Part shown: piece by piece, positions 1-13,354 of the stretch
Layout: each line of letters begins with the position of its first letter
How positions within the stretch are numbered: position 1 is the stretch's first letter
From: Nemertoderma westbladi
Taxonomy: Eukaryota > Animalia > Xenacoelomorpha
Assembly: GCA_032718475.1 (NCBI GenBank)
Contig: JAUCBJ010000166.1
Coordinates: 15,264-79,263, forward strand
Length of the DNA stretch: 64,000 bases
Direction: 5' to 3'
Notes under the pieces: model-generated
The model's input: only the letters and a program-made list of their open reading frames with translations
Databases searched by the model: none
What the model was told of the DNA's origin: nothing
Translations under genes and position numbers: made by a program

Positions 1-60
1 ACAAAGACCCAAGACCCTCTGTACAAAACAAAGACCCAAGACCCTCTGTACAAAACAAAG
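1..60. repeat. End of a 27-bp tandem repeat (acaaaacaaagacccaagaccctctgt)
   Basis: About two units visible at the window edge; related motifs recur at 63460-63650. Confidence 0.6.
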
Positions 61-714
61 AGGTAAACTCGCTTTAGGCCCCAAAGAGCGTTAGGTCCCA
101 TTGCCATTTAAAGAAGCAGGTTACAGAGGCCTGTTGGGGGAACCAAAACAATTAACGAAAGTTTTGTACAGCTCTTGAGTCTTTGTTTTGTACTCACCCT
201 TAATTTGGGTTTCTTCAAGTTAGTATAGAAGCAATAATTATTTAAGTATTGTTGTATATATCGACAGACCTGAGACTGGAACGAAACAAACCCCAATAAT
301 TAAATTAATAATAAAGTAATGTTATTCGATAACATTTGTTTTACTTATATCAATAAACCAGAATTCAACTGTTCTGTCCGAATGTATTGAGTTCTACACG
401 AGTGTGAGGTGAGTGTGCTGGGTTTAGCCATCGAATTAGTTATCACTATTTTAGGTCGGATCTTGTTATATCCTATCACGGTATATTGGAAGATATTATG
501 ATAATTGGAGTTCCAGAGATCCTTAAAAATGTTACTTTCACTCACTAACATAAACACTAATCATCTTTCTTTCAGCTAACATAAATAACAACTATCGATT
601 CATATCGATACATTGTTAGCCCTTATTCAGTAATTCAGTCGGGTTATGAAAAAACGAGTGCGGAAAATATGCATTGGCACGAACAATAATATGTTTGCTC
701 AATGTTAAATTATA

Positions 715-860
715 AATTTATGGAAAGGAGCAGCTAACAGTGGCACTTTATTATAACCAAATCAATAAATCAATGTCAATGGAACTTGTAACAGTTTTAT
801 TTTTGCGAGTAATCTTATTTGCGTAAATTTTCCCTTTTTGAGGATTATGAATTTCCTATC
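715..860 (+). repeat. Dispersed repeat, diverged second copy at about 15438-15600
   Basis: Shared colinear blocks ggaaaggagcagc..acagtggcac..taaccaaa..caataaa..acagttttatttttg.gagtaatc..ttatttgcgt..gaattt. Confidence 0.65.
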
Positions 861-1949
861 TGCCCAACGATTGATTGCGTTGATTTGATATAAAATAATA
901 ATTATTTTTAATACAAATGGGAAATTGTACGATTGAGTCATCGTATTAGGTAGATAATCTTTGTTACAATTTGTATTTTTTATATAAAGAGTGGCACGTT
1001 TTTGCTGACCCTAAGGCGCGCTCCTCGTCGGCATTAAGGATAATCGCAGTGGCTAAACGGCATCCATAATAATAATTAATTCGAGAGAATTGTGAAAAAT
1101 AGTTAAATATTAACAATACATTTTGAGACTAGACATAATTTATATGTATTAATACGAATAGTGTGATGGTAATAATAAAGTCAGGAAGACAAAATGAGAA
1201 AGTAATTAGAGCAATAATGTTGTAATAGACCTATATTATAAGACCACCGTGATGTAACTGCTATAGGCAGTGTTATATAGCCAGTTACTTTAAGTGCTAA
1301 TAATAGTTTAGTTAACATTGCGAGTTGACTATCAACTATAATGTTTGTTGCTAAGCAACACTTGGTTTCCATTGGCAGGTTATTAAGACATTGCTTCTGG
1401 AGGCCAATTCAGTTGTTTCAACAAACCACCTGAAATGTAATTGAAATATCGTAAAATAAAGTGAATGAATAATCATTTTATTTATACTAAACTAATTAAA
1501 TATATAACTAATTTATTTATCTATGGTATAATACTCATAATAGGCATTTCTAATTTATAAATATGTACTGTACTGTAATTATAAATTTTTAAACAACTTC
1601 TATAATAATTTGACGTTATTGCAATTGATATAACTGATCCCACCTCTTTTATCAGTATTTAGTACTACAGATACGGGTTACTATCAGCCCCACTCCTAAA
1701 TTTACAGACTGATATTATTATAACATTACGACACTTTTACTTGGATTTTTGTGTGATTTTGGTTTAGGAATGTTTCGCCAGATCCGAATCATAATAAATA
1801 AATAATATAATTAAAATTTCGGCACTCTGTAATCCCAGAAGTCCAGACGTTTTTTCGACAGTGTTTTTCATTCGTTTACCAATTTAAATTTTAAGGTGAT
1901 TCCGAATTTTAAATCAGTTTTTCGATAAGTTATTTTTGAGTTATGGCAA

Positions 1950-2627
1950 CATTTGTAATTTTCACCCAGAATTTTGTAATTTTGGTGCAGCACTACTTTT
2001 GATTCCAAAAAACACCATCAAACACCCAACAAATTCGAAATATTTTACTCAGTTATAATCACGTGATTGCTTTTTGGGGACATCTTCTCTATATACTCTT
2101 TAACTACTCAACGATTTTCGATCTGTTTGATGAATTATGTAGAGAAACATTGCGCACAAAACATGATTTGATATATTTTTGAATTTTTGTTTCAAAAAAA
2201 GTTATGGCAATATATGTGTGAAAAATAGGTACACTTTCAAAGTTTTTTGATTTTTGGGTACTTTTAAAACGAAAAATGCAATTCCTTTTTTTAAACAAGA
2301 TTATTTCTCTACATAATTCTGCAAAGAGAACGAATATCGGTTGAGTAGTTAAAAAGTAGATAGAGAAAGTGTCCCAAAAAGGCATCGCGAGAGAAATGAC
2401 AATAAAAATGACTCGTGATTACATACAACTGACCAAACATGCACAAAAAGTGAAGACATTCAATTTTTTCAAAATATTATATTCTTTTATTGTTTTCATA
2501 CCAATAGGCTAATTTTTAGCGCTGATTCCGAAAATAGCAAAATATTTCATGTGTTTAATTACCTTTTTTGGTGTCAAAAGTGGTTCCCCAAAATTACAAT
2601 TTTTAAAATTGTTGGTGAAATTACAAC
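1950..2627. mobile_element. Degenerate foldback/MITE-like remnant
   Basis: Imperfect inverted repeats: ttgtaattttggtgcagcactacttttgattccaaaaaa (~1975-2012) versus ttttttggtgtcaaaagtggttccccaaaattacaa (~2565-2600). Confidence 0.4.
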
Positions 2628-4849
2628 TTGGAGTAATAATTTATGCTCCATATATTATTTATATCTATGGTAGATATTTTGCTTGAGGCTTATTCATCGT
2701 GTAAATATATCTACGTTCTCACATTAATATATATCTGTAACGTCCGGTAATACCACCAACCTCTCGGTCTTGCACCGTATCCACCGTATTTATCCAATAT
2801 ATAGTTTCTATGTCCAGACCTCCAACCAACCATTCCGGCTTCCGTTCTCGGTACTGGGATTGGTGATGGGTCTACCTTCAAATATCTAGACGAGTAATGT
2901 AATAGAAAAACATCTAACCTAAACTTAACTCGTCTCAATTTTGGCTTAAGGATGGAAATGTTTATCGGCGTTGATGACTGTCTATTAATCATTCAATTTC
3001 CTTTGTTCACAATAATACTCAATTGGGTAAAAAAACATTAAACTTTGCGGGGTAAAAAGCGCAGTTGTAAAATCTACGTGACACAGAAAACTTCAGATGA
3101 CAACACTACCGTATAGTATGGTAGGCCTAAACAATAATCAAACTGGATCATCAAGCTCTTGACTTTTGTTTATTTTTTTGGTTAGGATACCCCGCCGTTG
3201 TAACCATACACATTTCCATTCCACTTCTAGGTTGTTGGCTGTAGGTATGTAGTCTGCAGTAGTATATTCCTAATTGTTGGGGCTGTAAATCTGAATGAAT
3301 GTCGCGCAAATGTAATGTTATCTTTGTAAAGACCTACACCACGTTTAGGGATACCACAAATTGTAATTTAAATAATTGTAGAGTAACGTTGTACGGTTAC
3401 TAACCTAGAAATTGGAGTAACTGGTTTCACTTTTAGCCCAGGAGCCAAATCGTTGAGGGATTCTCGTTTCTTCAAAGCGTTTGGGAATTCATCTTTGATA
3501 AGTTCGCGCCACGGAGTGCATAGGAAACTCCAGTCGTCGTACCACCGCGTCGCACTTCGAACCTCGTTCCTGACGTAATCTCTCCTAAGTAATTAATGTT
3601 TCCATGAATAATATGTTGGTATCGGTTTCGCAATTTTGAGGCCTGCTCTTATAAATGATTTTATAAGAATACCCTATTATAGCCCTATTATTACAAAAAA
3701 CACAAACCGTATCAACCTACTTAAAGTATAATAACTTTTTTTGCGTTCTGAACCCGAGTGTGATAAAAACAAACGAGCATCACCCGCTCCAACAAGTTAC
3801 AACTTCTAAAAGTATGTTTGTAATTTTATGACTTTCGTTAAATTTTTGCTGCATGCTTGAAATTTGAAAATTTTTAAAATTAAAAATAATTTTTTATTAC
3901 ATGAGGGAAAAAGTATAATTTTTCACTTTTCTCGAGGCATTTTATTTACCGAGCGTTTGCGAGGCAAATTTCTAGACATTTTTAGAAAATATTTAATTAA
4001 AAAAACGTTCTAGAATAATATAAATCTGTTCTTGAATTACTTTCTTTAAATAATAAGAAACATTTACTAGATTACTAATCATACCAAAAACTAGCTATGC
4101 GTATGATCAACGTTTTATAAAAGTTCTAGAAAACCTCAAAATTCGGAAGTACCAGGAACTTATGGACCGGGTCTACCTCATCCACCAGACAGTCTCGTGC
4201 TGGGAGCCGAGGGCCGTGGCCCGGGCCGTCCCTGTCCTGAAACATCCGAGTTCCTTAAGAAGGACGGGCTCCATTCCGCCACCCAAGAGCCCCGATCTCA
4301 CCGCTTCCTCCTGCTGGGGCTGGCCATCACCATCCATAATAATTTACTAAATATTTTAGGCTATAGGATCTTTTAGTTCTTAAAAACATCGATCTATAAA
4401 ATTAAATTATGCGGTTACATTGAATTTCATGTTTGTTTTCTTAACAACATGGATTTTACATAGCAACAAGGTAAACCATTATTGGTATCGTCTCCCAAAT
4501 TTTGTACAGACTATCTTAGTACACAATGACTATCGATTGACTAAATTATGTACTTCCACATAAAGTTACCAATTTAGTTTTTTAATTTATTAGTTTTAAA
4601 ATTTATTTATTTATTTGTCTAATAATTTGTAATTGTTTATTAAATTAACCATTTTATTACCATTTTGGTTGGTACAATGTAACTTGCATTGGAGTTTATT
4701 CTAAATGTTTTTGGAAATTTTGGTGGGAAATTTTATTGGGTTAAATAATCCGACTGATGCCCAGTAATAAATTTACAGTTGAAAACGAACAAATGGTATG
4801 ATTCAATTACAATTAATATTACATCACCAGAATCCCCATCTTATCCATT

Positions 4850-5820
4850 TTATGACAAATTTCATTTCATCACTATACTACAACTACTAGGTCGAGCGAA
4901 CTCGGACAGTGGAAATGAGATCCTTCCAGGCTTCCCGATTCTCCATAGTTGTCGCAATTTCGTTTCTCCCAAGTTCAGTATCCCTTTCAAGTTGATCTAT
5001 GTTATGGCAGGTCGTCCACGACTACGCTTTCCATGAGTTGGTTGCCAGAGAAGTAGATCTGGTATGACCTCGTCTTTACTTCGCCAGCAGTGTCCACTGA
5101 ATCTTAATCTGCGTTCACGGAGGGTGGTTGATACAGGTGGTATTGTACCATAAAGCTCGGCGTTTGTCATGTGTTGTCTCCAGCTGATGTTTAGGGCTGC
5201 CCTTAGTAGTCTTGTGTAGCAACCATCAATTCGTTGTTCAAGTGATTTAGTCAGTGTCCAGGTCTCACCCCCGTATAAAAATACACTTTCCACTGTGGTT
5301 CGAAAGAACTTAGTCTTCAGGTGCCTGGAGAGATCTGATTTCCAGATGGTATCCATTTTTGATAGAGCTACCCAAGCCTTTGCTTTCCTAATTTCTATGT
5401 CCTTTTTGCTACTCTCTATCCATGACCATCAGCCAAGGTACTGGAAGTCATCGACCTTCCTTAGTTGATTATTATCAATGGTTGTCAAGTTTCCATCAAC
5501 ATTAAAGGTCATGAATTCGGTCTTGGTAGCATTTATATGCAATCCAACCTCCTTAGCAGCCCTCTCCACTTTATTTAGTAGAAGCTGTGCATCTGCTAGC
5601 GTATTAGAGAGCAGGGCGATGTCATCCGCAAAGTCGGTGTCTGTTACTGTAGTTGCCAGATATCTACTACTTCTGCGTTCTTGAAGTGTGAATCCCAGAT
5701 CTTTGTGGCCGTCCTCATTGCGTAATCCAGCACAATTACAAATAGTAATGGTGCTATTGTGTCACCGTGCAGTACGCCAGCCAGGATTGAGAAAAACTCA
5801 GTTTCACCATCTGGTGAGAG
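4850..5820 (-). mobile_element. 5'-truncated RTE-type non-LTR retrotransposon fragment (RT C-terminal part)
   Basis: Minus strand encodes GVLHGDT and DFADDIALL (RT core), VDDFQYLG, and the RTE-typical tail ESVFLYGGETWTL...RRLRFSGHCWR...RGRP (ORF 4997-5356); frameshifted. Confidence 0.85.
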
Positions 5821-6418
5821 TAACTCTTAATTCCTAATTTCCTAGTAAGACTTAATTCCTTCAATCAGTCTCCGTAGTGCAAGTATCTGAGCTATTGTTG
5901 ATCTACTTGGTTCATCACTATAAGGTTGGAAATTATCAGCGGGAGCCACTTTTTGTAAACGTTTGTAGCTAAAGAATCAGAGTAAAAGTACGAATATTGG
6001 TTCACCTACTAAGGATAAGGAGGAGGGAGGTGAAACTGTGTTGAAACTGATGTTTATAACAAATTTCATGCAATCTCATTAAGATTTGTAGAAAGATTTG
6101 GGGAGGGGGGGCCGGTCCCTGAATAAGAATAACGACACTATATTCCAGGATATTTTGTATGGGGGGGGGGGGGGGGGGGGGGGGTGCCTTTTCCGCGGCT
6201 GGTAGAAATTCCTTATTACGATTTATATAAAAATTTGTGGGCGAGGGGTGGGGGTTGGCACCGGAATAAAGACTCTTTATTCTAGGACATGTTGTAATCA
6301 ATAGCTATTCACTGTCTTATTTATTTTTATATTATTACATATTTATTATATAGCCGCCAAGGTAACCTATTCTCGAAAAACTCACCAACACAATATTTAA
6401 TAAATCAATATCGGTGGG

Positions 6419-6734
6419 TACTACTGTGTTTTGGGGCTCAAAACATTAGAAAAAATTTGATGGGAGGTGTGCCCAAAATTTGCACACAACCCCCACCAAA
6501 TTTTTATGCTAGCTAGTTTTTGTTACTTTTGTCTATTCAATTTTGTTTTTCTCTAGATCAAATAATTGTTGTTCTAGAACATTTTAAATTAATTAGGTTT
6601 TTTGTTGTTTTCCTCGCAAGTTTTTGTTAAAAGTGTTTGTTTTTGTTTCTTTTATTAAAATGTTCTAGAACATTAACACGAATTGACGAGGGAAGAGAAC
6701 ATTGACGAGGGGTGTGCCCAAAAACACTGTAGTA
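6419..6734. mobile_element. Small MITE-like element
   Basis: Terminal inverted repeats tactactgtgttttggggc / gcccaaaaacactgtagta around a ~300-bp noncoding interior. Confidence 0.45.
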
Positions 6735-7521
6735 CCGTATCGATGGGCACATATCAGTACCTGTAACAACATTATGTAGTTTCTACACATTTAATACACA
6801 GATACATTTTGTAACTGTTGTATGTACCGGTATTTACATTTCAATTAATTAAAAAAATAATGTTATAGTAAGGAGATGATTGGAAAGTGAACACTATATA
6901 GTGTATACCCTCCTCCAATTTGTATACTTGCTAGTATTTGATACGCTACTTTGTGTGTAGAAAACCTTATATGGTAGACATTTTGAAAACATATTATTGT
7001 TCCAGAAGAAATGTTTTTCTTCCAGAAGATATATTTTTGTTCCAGAACCTGTAACCTTAACCCTACGTTCGAGGCAATATTCGTTGAATTTTGGTGGGAT
7101 TTATAACATGTTATAGCCTCACAACTTAGGATTACGGATACTTGAAAGATTCAATTTCTCTTTGTGACCCAATTCTGATTTCTACGTGTTTCTGTAACCT
7201 TCAAATTAAGGTATACGATCAGACTGATGGATAGTCACATTAACTACCATATTAACTACCTAACATAACCAAAATACTACTATTAACCATAGTAACAAAA
7301 TGCCTTTTATCCAATTTGATTGGGGAACGCAAAAATATTTCTAAGACAAAAGATATTTGTAATAGAAAATAAAATATATTCTATAAACAAACTAAAAAGT
7401 TTGGGACTAGGTAGTATAAAATATTTTGAAAAGGGCGTTTGAACACTCCTTATAATAATGATATATGATTATTATTTAGACTGCTCTATATTCAATCACA
7501 GTACTGCTGATAACTCTGATA

Positions 7522-8646
7522 ATGGCTATTTATCTAAAAACATTCACCGCCTTACTAGCCAGACAGAAACCTAACAATGCTGTAAAGCCTGGTATTAGCC
7601 GACCATGGATGAAAGTGAATCTGAGCAATTATTTTTCAAGTCAAGCACCAAAAACATCATTTAACGTGTCTGAAATTGTAAACTTGGAAGAATGCGTACC
7701 GTTAGCTGTGGAGGGGTGTGGAAGTACAACCAGTAGGGAGTTTACAAATACGCATACAATTCATACAGAATGGCTTCATGAATTGCATCGTGGGCGGACA
7801 ATCGCAGCGTACGGAGGAGAACTCGTCGGTCAGGCCCTAATGGCAGCTTACAGAACATTCGACACTGATTTAGACAGCCCGGATGCGTTGCTATGCAACA
7901 GTTTCTCATTCACATTGATTAGGGCCGTGGATCCCCGGAAAACTGTCATTTACGGCGTAGAAACTACAAAAAATGGAAGTAGGTTCAAATCCCGTTTGAT
8001 TCGTGGCTTTCAAAATAATAAACCTGTGATGTTCATGATGGCAAATTTCAACATTAATGAACCTGTGCATAAGGAAAAAGAATTGAGTTATGCTCTACCC
8101 CAGGGTGTTTCCATGCCAGATCGCTTAAGTAACTACAATGCCTGCGTTGATAAATTGGCTAATGGTATAGTTTTCGAAAAATTGTGCACCGAATGTTTAA
8201 AATCATCATTTATGTTTGAAACAGAACGTGTTTTAGATATGAAACCTTGCGAACCCGATAAATCTTTCTTTTCTGAGTTAATACCAGCTCGGCGGTCGGT
8301 GTGGCTGCGTGTTCCTATGGTAACCATGGATGTGGTGGCACGACCAGCATGGGGACAACTATACTTTTCACTCTGGTCAGACTACTTCTTGATGATGACT
8401 GGATTGCTACCGGTACACGACCAGTACACACAGTTAGACCGTGTGGTCTCCCTCGATCACGCCATCTGGTTCCATCGACCTTTCAATTTCAACGAGTATT
8501 GTCTTTATGAAATGTTTAGTCCGGTTGCTAGAGGGTCTAGACTATTTGCACAAGGGCGGCTGTGGTCGAGCTCTGGTTATCTCATTGCTTCGGTATGCCA
8601 AGAAAGTTTCTATTCCACTAGACCCGTTGGTGAATTAGTAAGATAA
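7522..8646 (+). CDS. Acyl-CoA thioesterase II (TesB/ACOT8-like, double hotdog fold), single coding exon
   Basis: 374-aa ORF with family motifs YGGELVGQALMAA, KNGSRFKSR, WSDY (catalytic Asp region), VSLDHAIWFH, SPVARGSR.FAQGRLW...G.LIASVCQE. Confidence 0.9.
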   Translation: MAIYLKTFTALLARQKPNNAVKPGISRPWMKVNLSNYFSSQAPKTSFNVSEIVNLEECVPLAVEGCGSTTSREFTNTHTIHTEWLHELHRGRTIAAYGGELVGQALMAAYRTFDTDLDSPDALLCNSFSFTLIRAVDPRKTVIYGVETTKNGSRFKSRLIRGFQNNKPVMFMMANFNINEPVHKEKELSYALPQGVSMPDRLSNYNACVDKLANGIVFEKLCTECLKSSFMFETERVLDMKPCEPDKSFFSELIPARRSVWLRVPMVTMDVVARPAWGQLYFSLWSDYFLMMTGLLPVHDQYTQLDRVVSLDHAIWFHRPFNFNEYCLYEMFSPVARGSRLFAQGRLWSSSGYLIASVCQESFYSTRPVGELVR

Positions 8647-9380
8647 ACAACAACGAAAATAAACGTCACTTTTAGTAAATATGATATTATGATATGATAT
8701 TAAATGAAATTATTGGTTTATAGAAGCCCTTCTATTATATGATCAAAAGTGTTATACCAATTTTTTGATGAGTGACTGGTTTCATGGCACAGGTTGGCAA
8801 ATTCAATACCAATTGACTAACATGCATTAACGAACTGGTGACCCCCGGGTTGGAAGTCTAGCGCTCTAACCATTCCGACAGAGGCTCTTCAACTTACGTC
8901 AAATTGTCATTCCTTCTATCAATACTAATTAAAAAAAAATACTAATGTGTTAATCTGTATGGTCTGTTCAGGCGGCCAATGGGTCGTAAATTGCGGATAT
9001 ACAAGGTATCCCTGTAGTATTTCCAGGTCTATATTTTATCTGACCTGCAATGGTTCGAGAGCCAGACTTTCAATCTGGGGTTTCACCAGTTCATTCCCAT
9101 CTGGGCGTCTCAATGCCGATGCTAAGCTTTGTCCAACGCACATTGTTATTCTATACAGGCCCTATGATAAATAATTTATCAGAACTGATAGCGATGACAT
9201 TGTGTCATGCAATTATGTTTCAACTTAGAATATCCCCATTATCTTTGTGATTGTGGGGCGTCAGGCGTGCCTCAATAATGGCAAAATAATCGCCACAGTA
9301 ATCGAATGCAGTTTAACAGAAACTAAGTTCTTCTTTCATGTCAGAATAATGTCGTTACATCGTTTGTGAATCACATGGTT

Positions 9381-9534
9381 ACACGTTCGTGGGGACTTCG
9401 CGCAGCACGAGGCCTAGTTATTATATACAAATTAAAATGCAGCGACTGTATCACAAAATCAGGTTTTGAGAAATTTACCCACACCACCAATCAATCAAAG
9501 AAAGGTGGACAGTACGTGTTCACCCCTTTTAATC

Positions 9535-9578
<44 letters not shown>

Positions 9579-10964
9579 ACCCTTCCCAACCACCAATACA
9601 TAACCGCGACATCTACCACCCACGGAAGGGTAGCACGAACTTATTTCCAATCGCACGTGAAATATGCAAAGCCAGGTGGTTTATAGGAATATAATAAACG
9701 CAGTACTCGTTTTCATTATAAGCCTCTTTGCGTTCGTCCTGTTTTGTATTTAAATATATTTCTTAAACGCAAGCTAGGACGATCTTTATAATAATAATAA
9801 CTAGGGATGCGATCAATATGTGAAGCCAGGTGGTTTATATAATAATTTAGTCAACGCAGTACTCGTCTTCATTATATGCCTCGTTGCGCTCGTCGCTTGT
9901 CCTGTTTTGTCATAAAATATTTTTCCTAAACGCAGACTGACGATCTTTATACAGTTATAACTATGCGAAGTTTCGAAACTGTGCGAGTAACTGTTGATAC
10001 ATCTATGTGGAGATGTGTGATATGTGGAGATGTGTGATACAACGCCAACGCATCTTATGCCGATGTAGTAATATGGGTATTGAAATAATATTAAATCAAT
10101 GTACACTCTTAAAGCTGCAGCGAAAAAATGTAGCTAATTTCCTAGGTTACATATAAAATAATAATATTATTTCAAGAACATTAATTTTACTACTTTGCAA
10201 AAATTCAATTAAAAAATAACCAGACATATACATTGTGGAATAAACTATTTCAGAAGCGCTACAACAGCCATGCCATGGATTGTATTTATGTTATTATATC
10301 TGTCATTTAACTGAGATAGCAATAGTAGTAATAGTCGAACGGTTATGCGGCCCGTCCAGCCTATAATAAACACAATTCAGTGATTGGGCTGGAATAGCAA
10401 TACTGGTTGCCTCTATTACAATTCCTCTCAGGTTAGTCTACAGCCACAACTCCCAGCAGCTAGCTCCACACCAGCAGAGACTTGACCAATAATGGGAAGG
10501 ATTAAATTTGTACTCAATAATTGTGCGGTTTAATTACGTTTAGATCAATTAAAGACACATTTATTAAAGCAAATCACTTAAACTAATTAAAAACTATAAT
10601 AGAATGGCGTATGGGGATTATATCTGTATAATTTTTAAGTATAATTATTTAAATCTTATACTGTAAAACAATTAATTTCCTTTAAAAGGAAGGTTGAAAA
10701 TGGCGTTTTCACCGCAATCAACTTAATTAACTAATTAACTGCTATTATCTTAGCTTCTCGAAGGCCACACGGAAATTCTACTTGGAAAAATTTCTAAACT
10801 TTTGCCAAACAACATGTGTACCAAGTTTGGATAGATTTCATCAAAGATTGGCCGAGTTATTAACGTTTAAAATTGAACACGACAGAACGACAGAACGACA
10901 GAACGACAGGTTGATTAATGGTACCACTACGCTAAGGCTCACTCACTTCGTGGCTCGCCCCACA
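9381..10964 (+). mobile_element. Non-autonomous element, conserved-end family (Helentron/HINE-like), copy 1
   Basis: Left end acacgttcgtggggacttcgcgcagcacgag, right end cttcgtggctcgccccaca, (cgacagaa)n microsatellite near right end; same termini recur elsewhere in the window. Confidence 0.7.
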
Positions 10965-11689
10965 GTAATCTTATTTGGTCATTCTTTCTGCGTGATGTAG
11001 GCCTACACACCGTACCGTAGGAAGAGTTGTTTATGTCAAGTAGATATGGTAAGGAAATAGCAGGTAAGGCATGTAGCGTAATAGTAAGCCTACGTTCGTC
11101 TTCAAAGGACGTAATTGGCTATATACCGCCACTGCTGCTGCTTGTGTGTGTGGTGATTGAGCCTCTAATAATATTTACTATGTTTGTTTCCTTTGGGGAT
11201 ATAATTAGTCCACCTCGATAATACAAGGATACAAAATGATTAAAATGCTCTTAGTAACGTAATCTATATCAGATTTCTTATCTTTTTTTTTCCCTTTCTC
11301 CTATTTAGGATTGTTTTCTTTCAGTTTACGACATAATCCAGTTAATTGGAAATTATTAAATTTTCTAAATGTAATCGCACTTTGTTCAGCCTTTTCCATA
11401 CATAAACCATCGTCTCATACATATGGCGCATAATCAGCGAATGATAACAATAATTGTAATTTATTTATTATATAGCGCCAAATCTAAAGTTTACTAAAAG
11501 TTGATGATATAAATATTTCTAAATCAATCAATATTGTACACACAGTCTAATTATATATGTAGTACATGGAAAAAAGGTGAACTTTTTCATTATTCTGTTT
11601 ATTTCATTATTCCAATATTGTGTTTTATTTACCGATAATTATGAGTTTGAGATATAAAATTAATTTGAAATTATTATAAATTATAAATA

Positions 11690-11900
11690 TATTATAAATT
11701 AAAAAAATTAATATTAAAATAAAATAAATTATAAATTAAAAAAATTAATATTAAAATAAAATAAATTATAAATTAAAAAAATTAATATTAAAATAAAATA
11801 AATTATAAATTAAAAAAATTAATATTAAAATAAAATAAATTATAAATTAAAAAAATTAATATTAAAATAAAATAAATTATATTATTATAAATTATAAATT
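11690..11900. repeat. 37-bp A/T-only tandem repeat, about 5 copies
   Basis: Unit aaaaaaattaatattaaaataaaataaattataaatt; another unit follows the palindrome at ~12185-12225. Confidence 0.8.
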
Positions 11901-11943
11901 AATTATGTATATGTGTTTAACATCCATAGATTGTATAAATTAT

Positions 11944-12172
11944 TAAGTAATTAAACAGGACTAAGGATGATCCAATTCTATAGCAAATGGAGCGGAAAAA
12001 ATGAATTCGCCACCAGCGGGGATCGAACCCGCGTCTCCCGATAAACGTTCAGGTATGCTAAACCTGAACGTTTATCGGGAGACGCGGGTTCGATCCCCGC
12101 TGGTGGCGAATTCATTTTTTCCGCTCCATTTGCTATAGAGTTGGATCATCCTTAGTCCTGTTTAATTACTTA
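11944..12172. repeat. Near-perfect palindrome (~111-bp arms, 7-nt loop) of a tRNA-like SINE head
   Basis: 11944-12054 is the reverse complement of 12062-12172 with one visible mismatch; arms carry B-box-like GGGTTCGATCCCC. Confidence 0.85.
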
Positions 12173-12289
12173 TTAATAAATTAATTATAAATTAAAAAAA
12201 TTAAAATTAAAATAAAATAAATTATATTAGGCCTATTATAAATTATAAAATGAATGTTATACGTTTTTCAGGATAGTACTTAAGTCATA

Positions 12290-12440
12290 TCTGAACCTAT
12301 CTGAACCCAATCTGGACCCAATCTCGAGAATTATACCAAATCTGAACCCAATCTGGACCCAATCTCGAGAATTATACCAAATCTGAACCCAATCTGGACC
12401 CAAGCTCGAGAATTATACCAAATCTGGACCCAATCTGAAT
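12290..12440. repeat. 41-bp tandem repeat, about 3 copies
   Basis: Unit aatctgaacccaatctggacccaatctcgagaattatacca. Confidence 0.75.
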
Positions 12441-12467
12441 CGGAAATAGAAAGAGATAGCAATGAAC

Positions 12468-13354
12468 TGTGGGGCGAGCCACGAAGTGAGTGAGCCTTAG
12501 CGTAGTGGTACCATTAATCAACCTGTCGTTCTGTCGTTCTGTCGTTCTGTCGTGTTCAATTTTAAACGTTAATAACTCGGCCAATCTTTGATGAAATCTA
12601 TCCAAACTTGGTACACATGTTGTTTGGCAAAAGTTTAGAAATTTTCCAAGTAGAATTTCAGTGTGGCCTTCGAGAAGCTAAGATAATAGCAGTTAATTAG
12701 TTAATTAAGTTATTACGGTAAAAACACCATTTTCAACCTGCCTTTTAAAGGAAATTAATTGTTTTACAGTATAAGATTTAAATAATTATAATTAAAAACT
12801 ATACAGATGTAATCCCCATACGCCATTCTATTATAGTTTTTAATTAGTTCAAGTGATTTGCTTTAATAATTGTGTCTTTAATTGATCTAAAGTAATTAAA
12901 ACGGCAAAAAAAATTTATTCTCATTAAATACTGCTCATTTATTGGCCAACATGCTGGTACATAGATGGGATGTGTGTGTCATTCCCAGTTGCTGGGAATG
13001 ATTATTGGTCAAGTCTCTGCTGCTGGCTGGGAGTTGTTGCTAAGACTAACCAGAGAGGAATAGTAATAGACAACCAGTATTGCTATTCCAGCCCAGACAG
13101 CATTCTTTAAATTCACTATAAATGTTGTATTGCTATCTCAGGTGAATCGACAGATATCATAACATAAATACTATCCATGGCATGGCTGTTGTGTAGGCTT
13201 CTGAAATAGTTTATTCCACAATGTATATGTCTGGTTATTTTTTAATTGAATTTTTGCAAAGTAGTAAAATTAATGTTCTTAAAAATAATATTATTATTTT
13301 ATATGTAACCTAGGAAATTAGCTACATTTTTTCGCTGCAGCTTTAAGAGTGTAC
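12468..13354 (-). mobile_element. Inverted copy of the right module (10101-10964) of the conserved-end element
   Basis: Reverse complement match; ORFs 10782-11000(+) and 12372-12605(-) give the same peptide. Confidence 0.85.

Noticed and set aside
1181-1430. Possible minus-strand terminal exon after an acceptor-like ttacatttcAG
   Set aside because: No recognisable protein motif and no linked upstream exon that I can support.
4160-4340. GC-rich island with short ORFs on both strands
   Set aside because: Interrupted by stops and has no recognisable motif.
8845-8885. tRNA-like fragment on the minus strand
   Set aside because: Too short and degenerate; at most a SINE remnant.
9366-9686. Poly-Pro ORF and its copy at 17851-18159
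   Set aside because: Poly-C tract of variable length within a repeated non-coding element.
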